DNA from: Eutreptiella sp. 'Long Island Sound 2002'
Lineage: Eukaryota; Protista; Euglenida
Assembly (NCBI GenBank): GCA_964036045.1
Contig: OZ038378.1
Location: 179,180,001 to 179,244,000, forward strand
Direction: 5' to 3'
Length of the DNA stretch: 64,000 nucleotides
Position 1 is the first letter of the stretch. Every line of letters begins with the position of its first letter. Shown here in pieces: positions 35,411 through 46,100 of this stretch. Made by a program: the position numbers and the translations under genes. The notes under the pieces were generated by a model. That model searched no databases, was not told where the DNA came from, and worked only from the letters and a program-made list of their open reading frames with translations.

Positions 35411-36516
35411 GTCCCAGGGTCCTGAATTCTGCACCCTACAGCCCCTGCTGGTATTAGTCTGATGCTTGCCACGGGTCCCAGGGTCCTGAATTCTGCACCC
35501 CATGCTGTTTTGAATTGATCATGCATGCTTCTGTAGGTGGGTGGTTTTCAAGGGTGTTCCCGGGATAAACAACATAATACTTGGCGCTATGCCTGCGCTG
35601 TGCAAAAACGCCCCCATAGTTTGCAGGATCGGGGCAGCAAAGCAAGTGGTATGGGGACATCTCACGTGGAGGTCATTCATAACCACAGGCATGTGATTCT
35701 GATTCAGCCGCAATCACCCCAAGACCATCCTGCATCTTATGTGATTCAACCACATCTAACAATGTTCCAGTATCAGAGTTGCCACGTACATCTGTGCGTG
35801 TACAACGGTGGGTGGAAATGTACATATGATCGGGGACAGCACAATATCTTTGCATTGATGTTGGCGCCAGATATCGGCCCTGAAATGGCTGTACATTGCG
35901 CTTGCTTCCTGGTGTGTCCCACAATCCTTTGCCCAAGCACAGGCCTGTCCAATGAAGGAACTGGGCGCTCTGTTCTGTGCGCACACCGTGCAGAGTTTTC
36001 GGATGGTGACCTCAGCAAACCCATTGCACGCCCACGGGCACAGTGTTCGACTAACTTATGGTGTCACATCACAGATCCCAACCCCTGGCTGCCTCTGCAT
36101 GACGTTTGCCATCCAGCCTGCCCTTCCTAGTGCATAGGGACTTTTTCTTGTTTTCTCATTGTACACTTACCACCGCGTCAGCTTCCTTGTTACTACCCTG
36201 CTTCCAAGAGTTCGAGCAACATCTATGCCCCACTCCTGGTTTTGCTTGACGTTCCCACATGCTTGGGATCTCCTTCTGGTGTGTGAATGTTGGAGCGGTG
36301 CCCTGTGAGGCCGTTTGTGTGAATGTTGGAGCAGTGCCCTGTGAGGCCGTTTTGTCAGACAATAAACCAAACTGCTTTACGTCATCCCGTCGTTTGTGCT
36401 GTTGTGGTGCAGGGAGGTTGCGGTGCCATCTGTTACAATGGTGTGGGGGAGAAAGATGGCTATTTTTCAGAGATGGGGCCGTGGTCTGCCAGGTCAGGCA
36501 ACCCCAGGTGTGGTTG

Positions 36517-37094
36517 CCCCCCCCCCCCCCGTGTCCAACAAACACTGTGTCCAACGAACACTTCCGTTCGGACCGTATTTTTTGAGGACCTAATTAATTA
36601 GGTACTTAATTAGGTACCGGGCTCCAGAACCGCGGTTTCAGGCTAAAGGTTTGGGGAAATGAGGGGCTGTTGTGATGTATTTTGCAGTAATGGTGGGCAA
36701 ATTTGTAAAGCAGGTTGTGAGGGAATGGTGTCCCTCAACTACGGGACCTCTATTGCCCACCATGACTGATTCTCTGCTTGCACCTGGCCAGGAGGTGCTA
36801 TACAAGCAGTACCACCACTTCTGCCCATGCCAAGGACAAGAAGGGCCCTAAGCCTGGGGAGCATATTCAACTTTTCCACATGAAGCGGGACCACAACAAG
36901 GGCTTCTACTCTGAAAAGTGCTAATTGGAGGCCTCCATTGGATTGTGATTTGAATGGGCTGGGTAACTTGTGCCTAGGGATGTGTTACCGCCGTTTCACA
37001 ATATTGTTGTGCGCACCGAACGGTGTGTCCAACGAACACTCCTGTTCGGACCTTGTTTTTTCAGGACAAAATTGTTCGTTGGACACAAGGGGGG
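36517..37094. mobile_element. MITE-like element with (C)nGTGTCCAAC / GTTGGACAC..(G)n termini
   Basis: Left (C)nGTGTCCAACAAACACTGTGTCCAACGAACAC; right GTGTCCAACGAACAC...TTGTTCGTTGGACACAA(G)6; internal palindrome CCTAATTAATTAGG near 36590. Confidence 0.6.
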
Positions 37095-37096
37095 TA

Positions 37097-37606
37097 CCCC
37101 CCCCCCCCTGTCGTTCCCCACCCCTTGTCGTTCCCCGGGGGGGGGGTGGGGGACCGTCACTTGGTCAACCCAAAATTTTTCGTTGCGGCTCATTGTGTTG
37201 TTGTGTGGGTGACTGTGTTGTGGGGCACTACCACTTGCATCCCTTGCACTCATGGCAGGACATTTTGCTCACTTTCGCTGAAATGGAACTTGATAGCACA
37301 ACCATGTTTCCCCCTGGGACAAGTGGTGAGCATGTGGAAGAGTTCAAGGTCAAGTGGAGCAGGACCAAGAAATTTTATACCGAGCCGGTCAAGGAGTAGG
37401 TCTCCGTACATTGGCAACCCTTTGAACGCATCCTATGCTGAATTCTTTCGTTTTATGCTGCAATTTTTGTGCCTGCAAATGTGCATGTACGGTGGGGGTG
37501 TGGTCCCCCATGGGGGGGTGGGGGACCGTCACTTGGTGACCATCCCCCAGGGGGTGGTGGGGGACCGTCTTCCCTGGGGTGGGGAACGACAAGGGGGGGG
37601 GGGGGG
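37097..37606. mobile_element. MITE with poly-C/poly-G-tipped TIR and TA duplication
   Basis: TA|(C)nTGTCGTTCCCCACCCC ... GGGGTGGGGAACGACAA(G)n|TA, with GGGGACCGTCACTTGGT subterminal repeats at both ends. Confidence 0.8.
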
Positions 37607-37879
37607 TACCTATTTCTGGAAAATTATTGGTGTCAGAAAAATGGCTACTACCGACCGTGGCAGCATTGTAAGGGTCTTTTGAAGTATTGCAATAATTATG
37701 CAGAATAGTGCAGAATGCAGAATATCAAAGGACTATGCAATGAAAAGCAGTCTCCAGCAGGAGAAGCTTGAGCAAGAAGGAGGGAGGGTTCAAATCAGAC
37801 CAATCCCCAGGACCCAAGGCATCTGTGGATTGTCGCCATGCCTCAACCGTTGTGATAGGCAAAACTGGAGTCCGTTGCG

Positions 37880-39187
37880 CCCGTCTGTCCGTTGCGGCTG
37901 TGCATGCCTTGTGCCTGTCCCTGCGTCGCGCCTGCCCGTCTGTCGCGCCCGTCTGTCCCTCGCGGCCGTCCGTCCGTCGTGCCTGTCCGCCCGTTGTGCC
38001 CGTCCGTCCGTCGCCGCTGTCTGTCCGTCGCGGCCGTCGCGCCCGTCTGTCTGTCATTCCTGTCCGTCCATCGCACCCATCTGTCCGTTGTGGCCATCTG
38101 TCCGTTGCGCCCGTTCATCCGTCGTGGCCGTCGATCCCGTCCGGCCATTGTGCACATCCGTCCGTCGCACCCGTCTATCCGCCGCGCCTGTCCCTGCATT
38201 GTGCCCGTCTGTCCGTTGCGGCTGTGCATGCCTTGTGCCTGTCCCTGCGTCGCGCCTGCCCGTCTGTCGCGCCCGTCTGTCCCTCGCGGCCGTCCGTCCG
38301 TCGTGCCTGTCCGCCCGTTGTGCCCGTCCGTCCGTCGCCGCTGTCTGTCCGTCGCGGCCGTCGCGCCCGTCTGTCTGTCATTCCTGTCCGTCCATCGCAC
38401 CCATCTGTCCGTTGTGGCCATCTGTCCGTTGCGCCCGTTCATCCGTCGTGGCCGTCGATCCCGTCCGGCCATTGTGCACATCCGTCCGTCGCACCCGTCT
38501 ATCCGCCGCGCCTGTCCCTGCATTGTGCCCGTCTGTCCGTTGCGGCTGTGCATGCCTTGTGCCTGTCCCTGCGTCGCGCCTGCCCGTCTGTCGCGCCCGT
38601 CTGTCCCTCGCGGCCGTCCGTCCGTCGTGCCTGTCCGCCCGTTGTGCCCGTCCGTCCGTCGCCGCTGTCTGTCCGTCGCGGCCGTCGCGCCCGTCTGTCT
38701 GTCATTCCTGTCCGTCCATCGCACCCATCTGTCCGTTGTGGCCATCTGTCCGTTGCGCCCGTTCATCCGTCGTGGCCGTCGATCCCGTCCGGCCATTGTG
38801 CACATCCGTCCGTCGCACCCGTCTATCCGCCGCGCCTGTCCCTGCATTGTGCCCGTCTGTCCGTTGCGGCTGTGCATGCCTTGTGCCTGTCCCTGCGTCG
38901 CGCCTGCCCGTCTGTCGCGCCCGTCTGTCCCTCGCGGCCGTCCGTCCGTCGTGCCTGTCCGCCCGTTGTGCCCGTCCGTCCGTCGCCGCTGTCTGTCCGT
39001 CGCGGCCGTCGCGCCCGTCTGTCTGTCATTCCTGTCCGTCCATCGCACCCATCTGTCCGTTGTGGCCATCTGTCCGTTGCGCCCGTTCATCCGTCGTGGC
39101 CGTCGATCCCGTCCGGCCATTGTGCACATCCGTCCGTCGCACCCGTCTATCCGCCGCGCCTGTCCCTGCATTGTGCCCGTCTGTCCG
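37880..39187. repeat. Tandem repeat, 4 x 324 bp (apparently identical copies) plus a degenerate tail to about 39400
   Basis: Unit starts CCCGTCTGTCCGTTGCGGCTGTGCATGCC at 37880, 38204, 38528 and 38852, with a partial copy at 39176. It is built from CCGTC/CTGTC submotifs. Identical 68-aa ORFs in the track recur every 324 bp. Confidence 0.95.
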
Positions 39188-40170
39188 TAAGGCCTGTCTG
39201 TTCGACGCGCCCGTGCCCTTGTGTCTGTCGCACCCGTCCGTCTGTCATGTCCGTCTTTTTTTTGCGCCCGTCCATCCGTCGCGCCCCTCCGTCCGCCGCG
39301 GCTGTCTGTCCGTTGCGCCTGTCCATCCATTGCGCTCATCCGTCCGGTGCGCCTGTCTGTATGTCGCGCCCGTCCATCCGTCGCGCCCGTTCATCTGTTG
39401 TGGCAGTCTGTTTGTGGCGCTCATCACACGAGAGAAGTGGAGTTGTGGGGAGGAGAATGTCGTGGGATTGTGATTGTGTATGATTGGTGAGTCGAAAAGT
39501 TGCGGTGGGTGGGGGTACTGCCTCCTCTTCCATTCTCATGAACTGCATCCAGGCTTGACAGGGGAGTTCAGGGTCACTACATGGGTGCCTCACAATACCA
39601 GAAAGCGTGTTGTATTGGCAGTTATGCTCAGGATTTGGGTCCGACATTGAATGAGGAAAAAACGCCGAGCACAGAAAGAGAGGATGGAGGAGCTGGGCAG
39701 GCATGCAAGGCCAGTAGGCAGGATGAGGTGTTTTGGAATGCCCTGAAGCTGCATTGGTGCCTCGTGTCTCTTGCACCTATGGTGTTGGTATTTAGTGATT
39801 GGTGAGTCTGGGCCATGTGCTTTGGGTGCACTCGTCGCCTCTGCTGAGATAAAGAGGTGGCGTAGGTGATGTGTCTGGATGGTGAGGGAAATGTTCAAAA
39901 CTGGAGATGGTGAGCAAGGCCAATCCTGGTCTGGGTAGGGAGATGAACTGGCCAAGAAGGTATTGACTCCCTACAACGCAGTGATGGCAAGGGCGGGCTG
40001 AGGGTTTGGACTCAGAAGTTTGAGCCAAGCACTAAACAGGAAAGGTTCCGCAGCCCAATTGGGCGAACTCAAGGCAACACTTGGCGCTAGGTCAGTATGC
40101 ATTGGTTCTGTGCGGCTGCTGCTGCACCTGCCCTGCAAAGAGCCAGTGTTCTATCCGCTTGGCAGGGAGA

Positions 40171-43100
40171 ATGGTACTGTGCTGCGCCCTTGCCATGAGG
40201 CGCTGTCTCATGGCAACGCGTGGGCGCGGGCCTGCACGCACGTGGCACCGACGCCAGCCCCGTGGCCTGGCCCCTCGTTACGCGCACAATGTCTTCCCTG
40301 GCGTGACCATGGTGGAGGACGTCGCGACGGCCCGTGACGTGGCACAGCACCTGATGACCCTGACCGATGCGATACATGCGGTTGATACCGAGACCTCCTT
40401 CATCGAGATTACCGCGGAGAGCCCGTGGGACACCGGGGACATGATCTGTCTGTCCATCTTCTGTGGTGATGGGCACGATTTTGGTATGCTGCATGATCCC
40501 ACGTTACGCGGGCTCCACAAAATCTGTGTGGGTGCCGAATCGGAGACTCGCCTAAGATCAGGGACAACGGCGCTTCTACAGTACAGGAGGCGTTCCGTGC
40601 GAGTGCTTGTACATGTTTGGCCTGTGTCTTGGTTTGTGCTTGTTATCCTCAGCTTTCCTGTTGCCCTTGACCTGAATTTTCGTGTGATACTTGTCAGCTT
40701 TGGCTGTCAGGCTATATTTTATATTTGTCAACCTCGACCTCCACCCCCCTCCTCCCTCCAGCCCACGTGTGTGCTCATGCCTCCGCTTGGTACACGACGT
40801 GGCCTGGCCCGAGCACAACCGCTGTTACTGTAGAGGCGGACACGGAAGCCAGACACAGGGGACCCTGGGGGTCTGAGTGCGTGTGAGGGCTTTACTGCGC
40901 CCACCTCTGGTGGGGTCAGCGGTGGTCCTGGGCCTGGAGTCCAACGCGGGGCAGCCTGAGGCACGCTGCGTGGTCAGTCAAGAGCATGGAGCTGCCGTGA
41001 CGCATCAGTGTAGGCCAATAGGGTGCTGGACATACTGCCATCCCGTCCCATCCCATCCATCCCTCCTCCCTCCTGTCCTCGGTCACACTGGGGGGCGCCT
41101 TTTGCATGCGGTACACAGTTTTAAAATTAATCCATGCTGATGCTCTTCCCTGCCGCAGTATCGCACGGGTTGGAGCCGCTCTGATAGCTACGGTCATTGG
41201 GTAGGAGCCACCCCGGCCGGGTATGACTTTTGACTGTACCCACAACCAATGGTGTGGAAGCATAGCGCCACAACCACAAAACCACCCCGGCCAGGTGGGA
41301 TGGAGGGGGTGCCACAAAGGCTGGGTGAGTAGGCCGGTTGATATTTCCAGGTGTCCCCTTGCCTCTGAACTGCGGTCTCGGTGGGACAACCCCCAACTTT
41401 GCAGTGCGTGTAAACTTGTTGCCGGAAGCCATGTCGTATACCCATGAAAACCATGACCTACCGAGAGCACCGCTAAATGCACCAAAACGCAATTTCTCTT
41501 TGTCATAATCTTCTCTGGAGGCATCCTTCTCTCCCCATAACCCATACTGGTTTATACCCATTATACCCACAGCGGAGTGCGGGTTGAAATAGGGTCCCGG
41601 CAGTAATATTTCCGAAGTACAGAGCAAAAACTGTGGGGATAGTACAGCCCTTTCTCAACTATGAGCACTGCTTCGGCTCACTGGGACCCAGGCAGAGTGT
41701 CGGATGTTGCGGGCGGTACCCTGACTCTGGACAAGATTGTCGGGGTGGAGACGAGGGGCGTAACGGGGGACCAGGTCGTGGACTTGCGCCCTACGTCCAA
41801 GTGGGTGAGAGGCCCATAGCCCCCCCCCCCCCATCCCCTCCTACTCACCACCGTTGCGGTGCTTCCGTGTTGCAGCCCCTGGCCTTTGTGTCGTATGCCC
41901 CTTGATTGCCCTCCTGGTCCAGGGGCGGGGCCCAGCCTCTGGGTGGACACGACATGCGAGGGGGTGCTGGCCGAGTTCCGGGAGTACTTCGCGGCCCCCG
42001 GGCTCCGGAAGATCTACCACAACTACAGCTTCGACAAGGCCATCCTGAGCCGCGCGCTGTGGCGGGCCACGGGGGCCGAACCGGCGGAGCGGGTGCTGCG
42101 GGGGTTCCACGCCGACACCATGCACATGTCGCGGCTGCAGGACGCGGGCCGCCTGCACCACAGCCTGGCCCACCTCACCTCCGAGCTCCTGGAGGAGCGT
42201 TACCAGAAGACGCCCATGAAGGAGAAGTTCAGCCGCCCCTTCGTCAAGAAGGACGGCACTCTGTCGAAGCGGCTGGTGATGCCCTCAACGGTGGAGCTGC
42301 AGGAGGAGCACAAGGAGGCCTGGGTGGAGTACTGCACAGGCGACACGGTGGCCACGTGGAAGGTGTCGTCACCGGCCCCAGGTGGCGGACGTGCATGTGC
42401 CGTGGTGGAGCATGGCGCTGAGTGAATGCTGCCGGCACCACGCCCCCCCCCCCCCCCCCTCCCAGCCCAAGTGCTACAACCGCACACATCAGCGCTCCGA
42501 GAGCCCTTCAAAGTGCACCGTCTGGGACTGAAGTGAGGAGAGTGGGGGCATGAACCTGACCCACAATGTAGATGTGGAAATCTTCAGTAGTGCTGCTGGT
42601 CACCAACTCAAGGCAACATGTGGTAGTGGAGCAAAGCGGCTCAGCAATTGAGGAGGCATCCAATACAATATTCTCGTTGAACTCGAGTGAGTCGGTGCAT
42701 TGTTCAGGCCCCATAGTAAACGGGATCAAGCCTGTCAGCGCTGGCAGGGGAGTTCACGCCACAGGGGCAGTCTGCCGCAGTCGGGGGCAGTGGGACAGGC
42801 ATTCCACTCTCGCCAACTGCCCTTCTTCCCTCCTCTGCAGACCCCCCCTCAGAACTGACCTGGGCCCAACCAGCATGTCACCGAAAAGCCATGGCACTCG
42901 ACACGGTACCCGACGAGCCTTTGTGGAACAATCGCCCCCCCCAACCCCTCCCCCACACACCGCCATACAACACCATTGGGACCCCTCCCTTCTGAATTGT
43001 AGGGGGCGCCTTAAGCGTAGTGCGTGTACAGTGCGTGCGCAGTGCAACTATTTTGGGCGTCTGGCCGTAGTAGAAACCCATATTTTGTGGTACTTTGGGC

Positions 43101-46100
43101 ATCATTGTTGTTTTGGTAGTAGGTTTTGATGCATTGGGGATCTGGCATTTTTGGATGTTCACCCTGTTCACCCATTTCTACTTTTTTGCACACATTTCCT
43201 ACCCATTTCCACCACATCTACTCTTTTTGCACACATTTTTTACCCATTCCCACCACATCTACTCTTTTTCTCGGTTGATTGATATGGTGATACACTTTGA
43301 GGGTGCCTGCTACAGGATATCATACTTCCCTCCTCATTTCTCAGGCCCATTTTCTCCATGGATCTGTATTGGGGATAGGGTGTTCTACACCCGCTCCAAT
43401 GGCCTGCGACCTCTTGCCACGGTGGTTGGGACGGCTGAAGACGGACTCCTCCACTTGGAACGCTACCAAGATGGATTGAGAGTGGTGAATCGACAATACA
43501 AGATGGAGTCCATCTCCTTTGCCATCCCTAGTTCAGACTCGCCACCTGACTGCCCTCCATCTTTGCCGCCCAACACACAGTCAAGTTCCCCCCCAAAGGC
43601 CCCTGGTCCTTCACCATGCCACAAGAATCGGGCAGGTCCCCCTCAAGGTCCCCTCCAGTCCAGTTTGGGTCGCCTAATTCTAAGGGTGTTTCCAAAGGGC
43701 CTGCCTAGGGGCTCTTCGGGGGGAACATAGTCTAAAAGTAGCGCGCAGTGCAAGGGTTCCCCCGTAGGCCAGGAGCCATGGACAAAGTATGGCCGAATGA
43801 GTGCCCGCTTTTCCACAGCGCGGACAGCATTTGTGCATGATTCTATTGGAATATTTGTCGTCATGTTTCGTTTTTGTATTTTTTTTGTATATATATTTGG
43901 CTTGCTCAAGCTTCTTGCTTGATCAACTGTACCGTTTGACAGGGATCAGTGGACATTGTCGGTGTTGCCGGGGGGAATGTTTTTTGTTGGCATTGCGGCT
44001 GGAGTCAAGTGCGTGGCGGCATACCTGACCATTTGCCCCCCCCCCCCCCCGGCCCCTTTGGGCAGTCGCTTCTTGCAGCCGCAGGTTGGAGGGTCCTCAG
44101 GTTTTGGGACAAAGCCGCGACCCACAGCAGTTCCTGGGCAATCAGGGCATTCGCCCACGACAGCCTGCCAGTCTGAAGACGATGTGTATTATAGCGATCG
44201 CTTTCATCGAGTCACTTTGATTGCTTGAAGACGCCTTCCCATGGGCACGTGGCCCTGCCCAAGTGGGGCCAACGGGCAGCAAATGCGTCCCCATGGGTGA
44301 CGGAGTATTCATATAGCCACCAAATGATCAGCTTCATCGATGCGAGACCCCCTGGAACGCTTTGGGAGAATGTCAAAATTGAGAAACCCTTCAAATTCCT
44401 TTGGGCCTGAGCAGTCGTGTGGGGCCCAAGAGGCTCGGAACCACCGACAGTTGGTGACAATCTCCGCAGTGTGGTGGGGACGCCATTGCGCATGGTGGGG
44501 TGCTATTCGGGGAAGGGTGTTTAAGGGGTCTGCTGGTGATGTACGTCACCGTTTTCACTAAGCATATGTTTGTGACTGGAACTATTAATAACTTCCCATT
44601 GGTCATTCGGCGCAGAGGTGAAGCAGTTTTTTTGCATCGAGCCTGCAAAATTCTGGACGTGAGAGCTAATGGCAGAAAGTGTCTGATGGCGGGGACGTTC
44701 AGTCTATCGTCCCGACCGCAAATGAGCTATCTGAGAAAAAGCTTTGAAGACGAGGGATGACTTTGAATCTGGAATCTTGAAGGCAGGACCCCCGCACCTC
44801 TGGGGAAGTGGGAAGTGCGATATGGTACCAACCCACCCTATTTACCCCCCCTTCCCCCCAACACCCTCCGCTTCTGAGGACCAGAAGAACCTCAGATCGG
44901 AACCGCCCACCCAAGCCTCACCCAAGCTTCTCGCATGGGGGCTTTCGCAACCAACAGCAGTTGGTGCTAGACCGCAAGTAGGGGGGGTGAAGGTGGTTTA
45001 TGAACAACCAGCGAACGGCAGCAAACCAACCCAATATACGACGCTGATCTTCCCTTGTCAGATCTACGAGTCACTGAAGCGCAGCCTGGAGCGCCAGGAC
45101 TATCCGGCGCAGGCTGGCAAGTCGATGTGGGACTTCTATCAGCAGTGGTACCAGCCGTTCGGGGAGCTGCTGACGGAGATGGAGGAGCGAGGCATCTTCG
45201 TCGACCGGCAGCAGCTGGAGGAGCAGTTGGAGATGGCCGAGAAGGACATTACGCAGAAGGACCAGGCATTTCGGACGTGGGTGCATGAGTTGTACACCCG
45301 CCTCTGGGGCCGGGACTTTGCAGAAAGCAGCCGTGTCAGATTCTTGAACATTCACTCCGCCGCTCAGCGGCGGCACCTCTTTTTTGCACCCATCGCCCAG
45401 CGGGCACGGAAGGGCCGACCCAAGGACGAATGTGAGCAGTTGCTGGAGATAGACGCTTTCAAGGTCTGCTGAGGGAGGGATGGCATGTTTAGTGTGGTGC
45501 AGTGCTGAGGACTTCGATTTTTGTGGGGGTTTTGAACTGATGAAAGCATGGCGCTGCACCCCCCCCCTCCCCCATTGTCCTAACACGCGCTTGTCCAAAC
45601 ACAGCGACCGTGTGTTTCCGCACTTTTGAGGTTTTTTTTTGAACCATTGTTTTCGCGGTTCCAATCCAATAATAGAGAAAGTGGGTTACAGCTTTCTGCA
45701 GGCTGCAGGAAGGGTCAATATGGGTGTCAAAGTGTTGGTGTAGCTGAAAGTCCATATGCTCTGGGGTGTATGCTGGCCTGTTGGACACCTTTTTTGTCGT
45801 CGTGAAGGGGGAGGGTTGGCTTATGTCTGCAACATGTGTTCCATGGTACGTGCCGTGCGGTATCACGGGCTTGTCCAAACACGGCTACCCCCTGTTTCCG
45901 CACTTTCGCCCTCTGAACCGGAACCTGGCGCGTGTTGGGACAGAGGGGGGAGGGGGGTAGGTGGACGTATGGTTGGCTGCGAAACTACGGTGGTTAATGG
46001 TGGTCAATGGCAGCAGGTCTGTATCCAATAGCCCATAGTCAATGACAGGGAGAAGACCGAACCCCAGTCTTCTCCCTATCCTAAGGCCGTGGGGTCCGAT

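Noticed and set aside
37698-39483. 591-, 571-, 432- and 498-aa ORFs over the 324-bp repeat
   Set aside because: They are open in several frames only because the A-poor repeat lacks stop codons; there is no domain or splice context.
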